DNA of 64,000 nt from assembly GCA_903944345.1 (NCBI GenBank), contig CAJARJ010000001.1, forward strand, positions 12,339-76,338, given 5' to 3'. Of the stretch, positions 53,101 through 60,762 are shown piece by piece; the stretch's first letter is position 1; each line of letters starts with the position of its first letter. Made by a program: the position numbers and the translations under genes. Under the pieces are notes generated by a model. That model had not been told where the DNA came from, did no database searches, and saw only the letters and a list, made by a program, of their open reading frames with translations. Origin of the DNA: Candidatus Omnitrophota bacterium (GTDB lineage: Bacteria; Omnitrophota; Gorgyraeia; Zapsychrales; Fredricksoniimonadaceae).

Positions 53101-56100
53101 GTAAGGGCGTCCGCAGGAGCGGGCGCGGCAGCAGCCACAGCCATGGCTTCTGGCACAGGCAAACTCAAACCGCTGGCATTTCGTCCGGTTTCGGGAAATG
53201 TCTTGGTCATGGTTGCACTTACACTTGAAACGGCAGACGCATCAGAACGGCCATAATAGAGGTAAATGGTTTCGACACTGTTCGCGGGCACTGCCGGCAG
53301 TTTGACCCAATAAACAGCGGTACGGTTTGCATAATCGAAGCTGACCTGATTATAGGACAAAATAGTGGTGTTATCGCTGTCGACAAAACGCACATCGGCC
53401 CCGTCATTGCGGCAGCGTTCCCAGAAACTGTCCACCGCCGCGGTCAAGGTAACCTTAACCTGATAATCAGTCAGCTCTCCGCCCAAAGAATTGTCGACCG
53501 TGATCTCGCTGCGATGCGACCATCCGGACAAGGCCGGAGAAGTCTCATTGTCCTCGACAGCGGTAAAATAATAACGCACCACATCACTGCCGGCGGAAGA
53601 AAAAGAGGTCCGGAAAAGCTGGGACACCTCGGCATCGGAAAGGTCTTTGTTGTAGATAGCCACTTCGTCCATGGCGCCCCACAAATAATTGTAACTGCCT
53701 GAGGGAGAATACCCAAGCCAGGTGTTATTACTTCCGGGAGAAAGGTTCCAGCTGCCGCTAAAAGTCTGCTTGAGCTCGCCGTCGATATATAACTTGCTGG
53801 TTGTCGAATTGGTTGTATGGGTGATCATGTGCCATTCGCCGGTTGAAATGCCCCAGCTGGTGCGCGGCGCCGTTGTTTCCGCGCCATTCACACTCAAAAT
53901 AAACTGGTTGCGGCTGTTGATCATGGTGCAATACCCCGGATTGCCGCCCCAGGAGGTGCTGGCCACCGGAATGCGCCAATTGCCATCAATATTGACAGGC
54001 AAATTAATCCAGTAGGAGAACGTGACCGGCAAACTCATTTTAAGCGAAGCAGCTCCGCCAAGATTGACATACTGATTGGAGCCGTTAAAACTCAGAGCCT
54101 TGCCGAACTTGCCGTTAACCCATACCGGATTGTTAACGATAACACCATGATTGCCCTGCCCGGAATAATCGTTAAGGGTTGATCCTGCTCCTTCGTCGAA
54201 ACGGTAATAGGCCACCAGATTGGCCATGGCCGGAATAAAATCTTCATCCGGATTGCTGGCGCTTTCGGCATCCGGCTTGCCATACTTCAAATAAATACTG
54301 GTTTTCTGCCCGGCCGGCAGAGAGAAAACCTTGACCATGGCTTCGGCCCGACGGGCGGCGTAATCGAAGTACCCCCCGTTGGAGGTTATGTTGTACCCCA
54401 ACAGATTTCCGGCGGAATCAACAAAACGGATGTCGGCGCCGTCGCTTTTGACATGTTCCCAGAAATGGGGGTTGCTGTCATTAAGCTCGATGGCAAGTCC
54501 GGCATTGACCAGATCCGCACCACTATTATTTTCCACAACAATGCGCTGGGTGTAGGCATAGTCTTCCAGCTGTTTGGCCAGACGCGCGACCCCGTCTCTG
54601 ACCTCAATCTGCGGATCATAAGAATACTCGCTGTCGGTTTCCATATCATTAAGCAAAGTTTGCGCCCCTCCCGGCCCCAGCCAGACACCCCAGGCCCCGG
54701 GCTGTCCGTTATTGTCAGGCGCGGTGCGCAACTGAAAACGGATATCACTGCCGGCCGGTATGGTGCGCGTCCAGGAAATGCCGGTCAGACGGTTAAGAGC
54801 CTGTCCGGAATTGTAAGGAGTAGAAATCAGCTCCTGATCAAACGGATAGCGGAAAAAATTAAAACTGATATCGCGCAATTGCGGCAGGTTTTGAGGGTCT
54901 TCGGTCAACAAAGACACCTGGTATTGCAAATACTGATCCCCGGGACGCACCACCGGGAAAGTGCCGGAAAGATCACTGTTTTTGGTGACCGGATTGATAT
55001 TCTCCCATTTAGACACCCCGGTCATGGCCGAGTCAAGAGCAGTTCGCACCTTGAGCTCGATCACTCCGGAGGCATTGTCACTCCAGTTGACTGTATTATA
55101 GGCAGAATTGCGCCCTACATTCTTGACAGCCGAAGTATACTGCCCCTGCTGATATAAACGGTACTTAAAGACATCGTAAAAATGTCCGTTGCCACCGCGT
55201 GTGGCATACAAAAAGTCGCCCCTGCCGGGATAGATCAGATTAGCCCCGCCGTAGAACACTGAAGGTGACGGATTAAGCTCCTGCCAGGTGTTCTGGGATA
55301 TGGAGTAGCGCAAAAACATATTGGTTCCCCAGGTATAGCCATAGTTCCCAGTAGGAATAAAATACAGATAATCGCCGCGACCAGGATAAATGAGCGATGG
55401 AGTATTCGTATCCGAGCTCATCAGAGAAATCGGAAGCTCCGCCAAAGCGGTCCAGACATTGTTATTGATTGAATACCGGTAAAACTCCGCGCCACCGTTA
55501 CCACGGGTGGCATACAAATAATTACCAAACCCCGGATAAGCCAAGCTGCCGCCAAAATTGACCGTATTGGGCACAGGGGCACCACTGGCCCACTGGTTGG
55601 TGGCAATATCATAAATCCAGAAATCGGTGCGCGAATCGCCGCGCAGGCAATACACCTTGGTGGCGGTGGCGGCAATATCGTGCCCGCTGCCAAAATTACC
55701 GCCAGGAGGAGTCAGTGCCGTCCACTGATTGAGCGTCACCGAATAACGGGCAAAATCGGTACGATTGCGCCCGCGGGTAGTGTAAAGATAATCGCCAGTT
55801 CCGCTATAGGTTAAAGCCGCCCCCCACTCATCCCAGGCCCAGGCCAGATTGGCATAAGGCGAATTGAGGGTAACAAAATTACGTGTACTCAGACTGTATT
55901 TCCAGAAGCCCTGATGCCCGCCGAAATAAAGCAGATCCTCATCGGGACCAGAACCGAATACCCCGTAATTGTAAATGCTCCAGGTACTGGGATGCCCCAC
56001 TGGCTGATCCCAGTCATTGGCGCTCATGGAATAACGCGCCAGAAGACCAAAAGCCGAATCAAAGTAATAAATAAAGTCGCCGCTGCCCGGGTAAAACATG

Positions 56101-58907
56101 TCGCCGTCATTGCTGGTATAGGCGTAATTACGGGAAGACGGCGCCAAAGCAGTCCAGGCATTGTTGGCAATCGAATAGGACGCAAACCGGTTTTGATAGC
56201 TAAGCCAGTAAATATTGTCGCCGCTGCCCGGATAAAGCAAGGCCTGAGCGTTATGACCGCCGGCCGGAGCCGAAGCTAAAGTGGTCCAGGCATTCGCGCC
56301 GATATTGTAACGGTAAAAATTACTGGCCGCATTACCCACTTTCCAATAAAGCATATTGTTGGCTTGATCCACAGCAAAAGTGTTACCCCGTCCTTGATTA
56401 TTGATTATTGCATAAGGCAAATCTACCAACCCAGTCCATGTGTTGGAAGAAATCGTGTATTTCATGAACTTGCGACCACTCTCGGTCGTAGGATGCAGGC
56501 CATACCCGGCAGCGGCAAACAGCTGATCTCCGGCTCCTTCAAATTGAGATTCTAGTACAATTGGCAAAGGCGAATCCGCCATGGCCGCCCAGACATTGTT
56601 GACAAAATCATAGCGCCACAAGTTTGTTTCGCCCCGGCCTTCCAGAACATAGACATAATTTCCGGTGCCCGGATAAGTGGCCTTGCTGCCCCAGCCCAGC
56701 ATAAAAGGCGCCACAACAAACCCGGTCCATTTCTTTTGGGAAAGAGAATATTTCCAGATTGCAGTGGAGTCATTGCCGTAAAACATGTACACCGTGTCAG
56801 CATCCACAAGAACCGTGCTGCCATACGCCGGAGACTGGATATCGCGGTAACGCAAATTCCAGGAGTTGGTGGAAATAGTGTAAACACCCATGTCCCGTTC
56901 GCCGGCACGCGCGATATAAACCTTGTCTCCCTGAGCGACCAACGCCGCATAAGCATCGCCGCACCATAACGGGGTGGAGGGTAAAACTTCCCAGGTATTG
57001 CTTGCGATATCGTAGCGGGCAAAAGAATAAGCCGTGCCAAAAAAAGCGTAAATGTAATTGCCGCTGCCGGGCCAAACCAATTCACTTTTATCATAAAACA
57101 TAAACGGCGCATCAGCCATGCGCGTCCAAGTATTATTGGTTGTCTGATAGCGCCAGAATTTGCGGTTGTAAGCTCCGTTGGAATAACCGGTGGCGGCAAA
57201 AACATAATTTCCGGCTCCCGGCGCATACGGATAAACCATGGCTCCGCCATAATGCACATACTCCGGGGAAGGCAAATCGGCCACACCAGTATCGTCCCAG
57301 ACATTGGATGAAGGGTCATAGCGCCAGAAAGTGGCCGTCTGGTTACCACGAAAACCGTAAATGTAGGTGCCGTCACTGGCCAGGGAGCCGCCATAATAAA
57401 TAGGAGAGGGCACTGAGGCCAGCGTGATCCAGGTGTTATCCGCCGGATTATACCGGGCAAAACCGGAATTAAGATTACCCTGCTGGGCATAGACACGTCC
57501 GCCGTGATGCACCAACGCATGCCCTTGATACTGGGCAGCCCAGGGCATGGCCGTCAACGCTACCCAGTTATTGTTAACCAGAGAATAACGCGCAAACTCG
57601 GCCGAATTGTGCCCGCTGGACGCATAAATATAATTGGCGCCGTCCGAAATCATGCGCGCGTACGTCTGTAACCAGGTGTTGGCCCGCGGCCCCATGAGCT
57701 CGTCCCATTTGGCAGCCACCGGGTCGAAATGCAGGGGCCGGACATAATTGCCCATTGACAAGAAATTGAGGCGACCGCCAACGCCAGGATCGTAAAAAAT
57801 GCCGCGATAGGGGTAGATCGGAATTGAGGCATTGGCCGTTCCCGAATAAAGATCATCCCACTGGGCGGTAACATAATTGTAGCGGGCAAACTGTCCCAGG
57901 CGATCATCCTCCCGCCAGGCATAAAGATAGTTGCCTCCCGGATGCTGCAAATTACCCACTCCAACCGGAGAGGAAGTAAGCCCTACCCACTGATTACCCG
58001 AGATGGAATAACGCGACAAGGTTGTGCCGGTACTGGAAAACATGGCCAGCAAATCCGAACCCGAGCCGGTATAAACCAGACCCGCTCCCCGAGTCACAGC
58101 CACCGGAGTGTTAGCCATATTGGCCCACGTATTGGAAGCAATCGTATAAGCAAAAGCGCGCGTGGTAGCTGCCCCGGCCAGACAGTAAACTTTTGTTCCG
58201 TCTGAAGCCATGGCCGCACCATAACCGATAAAAGTGGAGGCATCCGCCAGACGAGTCCAGGTATCGGTGGAGATGGAATATTTATAAAACTGTTTGGTGT
58301 TGGCCCCGCGGGTGACATAAAGAAAATCCCCGCCGGTAGTCGGATAGGCAAAAGCTGCCCCGGTTCCGATGGGCACAGGCATGTCGGCCAGAAACGTCCA
58401 GGTTTCTGCAGCTATGTCGTAACGCCCCAGCTTGTTGTTGCGCCAAATGGCGTAAATGTAATTGCCGGCCCGAACCCAGGGTGACCACCAGGACAAGGAC
58501 GGCATTTCCGGTAAAGAGCTCCAGTCGCCCGGACGCAAACCAAAGGGGTCTTCGGAAGTAGTCTGCAGGGTCAGATAGGCATCGGCACCGGTACCATCAA
58601 CCTCAACCAGATACGGAATGCCGGAAGCAAAATCAGCGTCCGTAGTGTCGGTTAAAGCCAGCAGCTGGGGAACTCCGGTAAGAACACCGTTAAAGGAATT
58701 GTCAATATAACTATCTTTGGAATAAAAAAGCGACCAGCCTGTTTTGTTGGCCGGATGCAGAGCCAGACCCGCAAGAGACGCTCCGCCCGTCCAGTTGGTC
58801 TGGTGAAAAACATCGCTTTCCTGGGCAGGCAGAGGGCGGTCATTGCAAAAAAGCATAGCCCCCAGAAGAAGCGGAAGCAGCAGTCGGCGAAAATATATCA
58901 CAAACAA
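44151..58907 (-). CDS. Giant (4918 aa) secreted adhesin-like protein: Kelch propellers, DUF2341, LamG, 13 PNGGE Ig-like repeats, helical C-terminus
   Basis: Uninterrupted 14.7-kb ORF; signal peptide; Kelch-like 'YxxxG..FxRY..xNxW' repeats; four 'DIRF/DVRF' DUF2341-like units; LamG 'IDEVxIYNRAL'. Confidence 0.9.
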   Translation of the reverse strand: MFVIYFRRLLLPLLLGAMLFCNDRPLPAQESDVFHQTNWTGGASLAGLALHPANKTGWSLFYSKDSYIDNSFNGVLTGVPQLLALTDTTDADFASGIPYLVEVDGTGADAYLTLQTTSEDPFGLRPGDWSSLPEMPSLSWWSPWVRAGNYIYAIWRNNKLGRYDIAAETWTFLADMPVPIGTGAAFAYPTTGGDFLYVTRGANTKQFYKYSISTDTWTRLADASTFIGYGAAMASDGTKVYCLAGAATTRAFAYTIASNTWANMANTPVAVTRGAGLVYTGSGSDLLAMFSSTGTTLSRYSISGNQWVGLTSSPVGVGNLQHPGGNYLYAWREDDRLGQFARYNYVTAQWDDLYSGTANASIPIYPYRGIFYDPGVGGRLNFLSMGNYVRPLHFDPVAAKWDELMGPRANTWLQTYARMISDGANYIYASSGHNSAEFARYSLVNNNWVALTAMPWAAQYQGHALVHHGGRVYAQQGNLNSGFARYNPADNTWITLASVPSPIYYGGSLASDGTYIYGFRGNQTATFWRYDPSSNVWDDTGVADLPSPEYVHYGGAMVYPYAPGAGNYVFAATGYSNGAYNRKFWRYQTTNNTWTRMADAPFMFYDKSELVWPGSGNYIYAFFGTAYSFARYDIASNTWEVLPSTPLWCGDAYAALVAQGDKVYIARAGERDMGVYTISTNSWNLRYRDIQSPAYGSTVLVDADTVYMFYGNDSTAIWKYSLSQKKWTGFVVAPFMLGWGSKATYPGTGNYVYVLEGRGETNLWRYDFVNNVWAAMADSPLPIVLESQFEGAGDQLFAAAGYGLHPTTESGRKFMKYTISSNTWTGLVDLPYAIINNQGRGNTFAVDQANNMLYWKVGNAASNFYRYNIGANAWTTLASAPAGGHNAQALLYPGSGDNIYWLSYQNRFASYSIANNAWTALAPSSRNYAYTSNDGDMFYPGSGDFIYYFDSAFGLLARYSMSANDWDQPVGHPSTWSIYNYGVFGSGPDEDLLYFGGHQGFWKYSLSTRNFVTLNSPYANLAWAWDEWGAALTYSGTGDYLYTTRGRNRTDFARYSVTLNQWTALTPPGGNFGSGHDIAATATKVYCLRGDSRTDFWIYDIATNQWASGAPVPNTVNFGGSLAYPGFGNYLYATRGNGGAEFYRYSINNNVWTALAELPISLMSSDTNTPSLIYPGRGDYLYFIPTGNYGYTWGTNMFLRYSISQNTWQELNPSPSVFYGGANLIYPGRGDFLYATRGGNGHFYDVFKYRLYQQGQYTSAVKNVGRNSAYNTVNWSDNASGVIELKVRTALDSAMTGVSKWENINPVTKNSDLSGTFPVVRPGDQYLQYQVSLLTEDPQNLPQLRDISFNFFRYPFDQELISTPYNSGQALNRLTGISWTRTIPAGSDIRFQLRTAPDNNGQPGAWGVWLGPGGAQTLLNDMETDSEYSYDPQIEVRDGVARLAKQLEDYAYTQRIVVENNSGADLVNAGLAIELNDSNPHFWEHVKSDGADIRFVDSAGNLLGYNITSNGGYFDYAARRAEAMVKVFSLPAGQKTSIYLKYGKPDAESASNPDEDFIPAMANLVAYYRFDEGAGSTLNDYSGQGNHGVIVNNPVWVNGKFGKALSFNGSNQYVNLGGAASLKMSLPVTFSYWINLPVNIDGNWRIPVASTSWGGNPGYCTMINSRNQFILSVNGAETTAPRTSWGISTGEWHMITHTTNSTTSKLYIDGELKQTFSGSWNLSPGSNNTWLGYSPSGSYNYLWGAMDEVAIYNKDLSDAEVSQLFRTSFSSAGSDVVRYYFTAVEDNETSPALSGWSHRSEITVDNSLGGELTDYQVKVTLTAAVDSFWERCRNDGADVRFVDSDNTTILSYNQVSFDYANRTAVYWVKLPAVPANSVETIYLYYGRSDASAVSSVSATMTKTFPETGRNASGLSLPVPEAMAVAAAAPAPADALTVESSFEHTLNYWPGGWLYRKEININNAGQEAVEYLVLTMEIDYEPGMKPDFSDIRFWEKDMRHKLRYRIRSLGASKATIYLEVPDLPADSIKQLYLYYGNAAANSESDDSLSDYLYLDDFDSYMTTNYNYSSRVYFENGEVRLLGNNNWSDAYINTKQTFQRYNEGTTFEASFRQASTNEATMIGWKIPGTDQSYGQMPYAIYFENNASIYIYENGTSRGRVSTNYTFGTSYDIKITLQPTQGAKYYYRTTGSDPWTLLYTSTFAPNTTLVPHIIHNGRGGYNAFTDNWKVYRGDTEGGALGLTLPVTFGAQETPLVVRSQWLPGFAHRRVLTFDNSGLADAENKLYVFDIAYADGKMRSDYGDIRFVDTDGTALPHRILSSSPAQARFMVQVPYVPGRSTKTVIMYYGNPGTQVEQDTSLPAMPVDGLTNWWKMDENAGYNTEDFAGSIDFNDMGSPLWVPGFSGSALDFTGTSNLTRTDTISLPVGSEMSVGAWIYPRTLPQTTWNGVISWGNRSSRDSFVLAVQNNGRLAFTNFSNDFVSASGLAVAGNTWNHVAAVLDGTSIKLYINGQSVNGMSITLNNLPAVQSKNLAIGSTDLAARYFDGIIDEVTIYNRALSDDEVFGLSNAWVIVPVWGDEENEDVPADQTILVKSGSFGLKLTTLGLTGFVNGTSVSTGDYPTGTLTHAALTYDGARLKLFVDGQEKASSALTGTVSANANPLQIGGGLVGLIDEARVWGEQQAVGDLFERRYRALSGTEPGLLGLWRFNDATGSTAVDGSLYGHNVTLSGGAGWLARPFDYIDGAPLAVWHFDEGVGTSTADATVNNNRISLVNTSWSSTDLTGFPGAKALTFNGTTAYGYAADSATLDVTGQVSLEAWVQPLTIEGNHLILAKGSDLHSRLNYGLYQYSDTLAFSFRNNTQKLHATGAVLTQGLVQHVVATFDEAVDTVKIYVNGNLVYTSTQETSTMLTNNDNLQLGREASAAMPFVGNLDGVRIYDRVLLAREVLAHYQSHKQVENEPLLFDVLTPETVGAIAVYASSNPVIQPVNGTFYYEKSLVQMQDILLTPYGTTVRYQVSPNGYTWHWWDGSQWDDVTGGYSQTNTSAEINAHLTEFQDIYPQGNFYFRAYLHSEPSSFRTPSIESVGVTFMGAQTYYLDPSGGENINPLHTDADSDQWFQYRALFFSEGQQAAILDDISLDYITAFLNLTAPNGGETIVVGQTYPVTWNSQALQVEGGSGLVKLQYSADNANTWALIAEHVSNTGSYNWLVPDAPSQQGYVRISSEDLPTVADVSAASFRVLSLAVTAPNGGEVLEAGRQFNITWNVTGAIPNDVVKIEYSTNGGTSWTVISAITPNDGVYEWVVPAVFADSVLVRISSPSNDRIQDLSNTAFSIVPTPAFSLSSPVLGDRWSVGASKPISWRTNSLIFSSQIKLEYSNDAFQSDVHEIAQVSVGTPQGAGNNDDILGTYNWQVPDIISANMMVRLTEVGIPAGRGTQQEVSFTSPVFSIVDPVLTLTSPVADMVWVVGDTNNITWTVDGTVSNDLKLEYSLNGTDFVLIAEHLTNSGTYAWVVPPGAVGSAVRVRLTDAQRAQVTITSVAFRVLAHTTIELIQPVGGERITMGTDYTVRWRTYGHKLDSSGADYNKISIFYSTDDGATWTLSGFNQANTGSFTWRVPDEPTETARIKVVDQNDALAAGISPAPFAIELPTVTLTSPVGGESWYATGNYSVTWTSVGSLSANLKLEYSTDGGSTWTTFRTGQSNTGNYLWGPVADANSQTMRVRITDMSYPSVTSSSPANFTIKPPAITLVLPNGGEMWAVGTTQEVRWYSEGSDFGAVRDNITLQYSSNGGSTWNNIATGVANNDLYYWMIPDSLSTNSLVKIFDATRPATTDVSDAVFEISLPKVIITSPNGGELWPVGMQYPITWQSVGSVSNDLKLEYSTDNFATVHTIAGSAPNTGEYLWTVPDDMSDTVRLRLTDNLRTQISDTSDLTFAITLPRIIVTWPNGGEIVSVGDVENIVWQPLGAISNNLRIEYSDDNFVSDVVLIAQGVPNTGTYAWTVPDDRSATLRVRITDADRSAVWDKSDASFTILPAPQITMLHPEGGEVWRVGSVHDITWEDNGGRVSNNLRLSYSVDNGASWIQIATGVHNTGSHSWTIPDNVFSTALVRIMDESRPSTTATSPAFNLALPGITITAPNGSEVWSVGDRGPVRWESEGTVSENLLLSYSPDNGITWYLVRGGIPNSGSYSWTVPDYITTQCLVRLVDGNRPAVLDVSDDVFVINPLPTMTFLTPGSGDEYVLADTIPVTWEWTGLSIANLTLDYSSDNFITRRIIETNLANTGSYDWVVPADAITGRTIKFRLTDGVRSQITATSQGNVRIRGGFRILSPNGGEKLVARSTHAITWQTMGTISNVRLEYTTDGLNWSFIGTAVNTGTYNWTTPDIKSEHVRVRVSDVDDNTTMDTSDSDLALVYATAVFKVMDYDTYQHLTDFSVNEPASGWTDTALASPLTRTEEYPYGSYTTFFSKQEYIDNSVTWTPPKQGVEPYVVTVYLENAASAQVTWESILTYSFSPATDSLTAVGSLQRKGKLVGTNETERSDMGTATFKIYEPDGETVRNSMASPAPGATGMYNFTLAETAFEAGKVYPATLTIEYRGREYTSAANIDVGSEIMQYEFFTETTEQLMSAVSNIQSTVAATSEDMKEVVSKDIASIKTELQNETRKILFSTQTELPERISLLQETVQRELSSEILNTESAVKAGETLTIRYRAGSGLVPVIDVYNAQNLQVVTSARMTEMTGTGIYQYPVLFYSSWGRGDFTIVCSEPTLGTMDAMTITVTMSDLDQVYSQVSALMGTTSGISGINTTVNKLNEQFASIETVINDMGSGAFKGAGGLAADAAQSAVAPLFGQLTAMAKQIQSLTGEGGVSLGKMLDVSQERQGDMTYLKNKTQELKAAMEVSKKILENMNNKPVTQVWYEYKE
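45680..49480 (-). repeat. 13 tandem ~95-aa Ig-like protein repeats (PNGGE..W..YS.D.G..W....N.G.Y.W.VP)
   Basis: Counted in the translation from LTAPNGGETIVVG to ILSPNGGEKLVAR; degenerate at DNA level. Confidence 0.85.
55160..58530 (-). repeat. Kelch-like repeat array (about two dozen blades, estimated from length)
   Basis: Recurrent L.YPG.G.Y.Y...G....F.RY.I..N.W..L units. Confidence 0.8.
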
Positions 58908-58931
58908 CTCCAGTTCTCCCCCACCAAAGTA

Positions 58932-59237
58932 TTATTGTCCACGCTGGGCCTGTGCGGCAAGCAACTGCTGCTGTAACTGTTCTACCCGGCGAGCCATCGC
59001 CTGGTAGGACACGCGGTCGGCACTGTATTTCTGTTCCAGATCGGCGGCTATCTTTTTATGTTCCTCCGCAAGCTTCTGTTTGAATTCCGCGCGGCAAGAC
59101 GAAGCCTCCCTCTGAAAACGGGCGGTTTCGGTGCCGGCACGAAAAACGAAAAACCCAAGAACAAGGATAACACCCAGACACAGCAATTGCCAGACGCCCG
59201 GGCGGGAACAGCATCCGTTATTTTTTGTCGTCGTCAT
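58932..59237 (-). CDS. Small bitopic coiled-coil protein
   Basis: One TM then a helical segment; in the operon, overlaps the upstream gene. Confidence 0.65.
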   Translation of the reverse strand: MTTTKNNGCCSRPGVWQLLCLGVILVLGFFVFRAGTETARFQREASSCRAEFKQKLAEEHKKIAADLEQKYSADRVSYQAMARRVEQLQQQLLAAQAQRGQ

Positions 59238-60036
59238 TAGCTGACCTCCGCTTCTGATCCTTGCGTCCGCCTGAACCCAGATCCAGATCGTACATACGAT
59301 TAATGGTTTCCTGCACCCAGACCGCGTCTTCAGCGTCGGGCCTCAGCTCCAGATAACGGCGAAAATGCAGGGCCGCGCGATTATAATTGGCCTCGACGTT
59401 TTTGTACATAAGCGCCAGATTGTAGTGCGCATCGGCATTGGTGCCGTCACTCTTGATCGCTTCCTCGTACTCGCGCATGGAATCGCGCATAAAGCCTGCC
59501 TTGGCATAGGCAACACCGAGGTCGTAGTGATAAAGACTGCGTTCTTTCTGAATGGTTTCTTCGTGTTTACGGACACTGTTTAGCAAACGCTGACGCTGCA
59601 GGCGCAAAGCCTTTTGCTCTTTCTCGCGATGGGTGAGAATGCGTTTGAGCTGGGCGTCCATATCGGTCTGAATTTTTGTAATCTCGTCCTTGTTGGTGCC
59701 GATCAGCCCGTCAACCCGCTTGAGCCGGGAAGAAAGATCTTCCCGTTCTTTTTCAAGATCATTGTTGCGGGTCATATATTTGAGTGTTTCGGACTGTATT
59801 CTTTCTTTTTCCTGAAGAATAAGCTCCTTTTCCTTCTTGAGCTGCAGGGCCGCTGTTTCGGCCTTGCCCAGGAGAGACTTCATGTTATCCAGGCGGCGTT
59901 CAACAGACTGGCGGGAGGTAAAAAGAAAATAACAGCCCAACGCCAAGCCAAGGCACAACACACCGGATATCAGTGCCAGCCAAAACCGCGAATCGAAGAA
60001 ATTTTTTGCAGATGTCTGGTTCATACCTATTCCCAT
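59218..60036 (-). CDS. Membrane-anchored coiled-coil + TPR protein
   Basis: N-terminal TM, long coiled coil, HYDLGVAY..ADAHYNLALMY..YLELRP. Confidence 0.8.
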   Translation of the reverse strand: MGIGMNQTSAKNFFDSRFWLALISGVLCLGLALGCYFLFTSRQSVERRLDNMKSLLGKAETAALQLKKEKELILQEKERIQSETLKYMTRNNDLEKEREDLSSRLKRVDGLIGTNKDEITKIQTDMDAQLKRILTHREKEQKALRLQRQRLLNSVRKHEETIQKERSLYHYDLGVAYAKAGFMRDSMREYEEAIKSDGTNADAHYNLALMYKNVEANYNRAALHFRRYLELRPDAEDAVWVQETINRMYDLDLGSGGRKDQKRRSANDDDKK

Positions 60037-60749
60037 TTGTTGCGGGCCTTGATAGTGTTGATCAGATATTCGACTTCCTTGGTGTTTGACGCGTACGGCA
60101 AGAGCGAAAGATATTCGTTAAGATGCCGAACCGACCCCTCGTCGTTGCCGAGAGCGGCAAACAACATCCCCAGCGCGTAGTGCGACTTGTGATCCTTGGG
60201 ATCCAGAACCAGGGCCTTGTCGTAAGCCAGGATCGCTTCACGCAACATGTGGGCATCGGCATAGGAAGCCCCGACATCCCGGTATATCGAAGATTTTTCG
60301 CGGTCAAACCCGTCGCGCACCAGGTTAAGACGCCGCCGCAATTTGAGATTGTCGGCTTCCAGTGCCTGGCGTTCCTGCTCCAGTTTGGTCAGCTTGCCCT
60401 GTAAAGCCTTGATTTCGGCCTGGGCCAGGCCTTCCTTGCGGGACGCAAGAGCCAACTCGTTCTTGAAACTGTCGTGCTCGGCCTTGAGTGACTGAGCTTC
60501 CAGCGCCAGTCCCTCGGCCCTGGTCTCGGCTTTGCGCACAGCAGCAGTTTTGGCTTTCAGGGTGTCACGCTCCCTGCCGCAGGCCGCCAGCGATTCCTGC
60601 AAATCCAGAACTTTTTCTTCGAGCATGCCCACGACAGGCTGCTGCTCATTTCCGCCGGCACCAGCGGGCAGCTGATCCTGCGCGGAGGCGGTAACCGCCT
60701 GGCACAAACAAAAGGCGCAAATCCATGAGATTATTATCCTGCGACGCAT
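60027..60749 (-). CDS. Secreted coiled-coil + TPR protein
   Basis: Signal peptide, coiled coil, AILAYDKALVLDP..SHYALGMLF. Confidence 0.8.
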   Translation of the reverse strand: MRRRIIISWICAFCLCQAVTASAQDQLPAGAGGNEQQPVVGMLEEKVLDLQESLAACGRERDTLKAKTAAVRKAETRAEGLALEAQSLKAEHDSFKNELALASRKEGLAQAEIKALQGKLTKLEQERQALEADNLKLRRRLNLVRDGFDREKSSIYRDVGASYADAHMLREAILAYDKALVLDPKDHKSHYALGMLFAALGNDEGSVRHLNEYLSLLPYASNTKEVEYLINTIKARNKWE

Positions 60750-60762
60750 ATCTTCCCCTCGT

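Noticed and set aside
56552-57520. 322-aa same-strand alternative-frame ORF inside the giant gene
   Set aside because: Low-information Pro/Leu/Arg-rich translation expected from an off-frame read of a real gene
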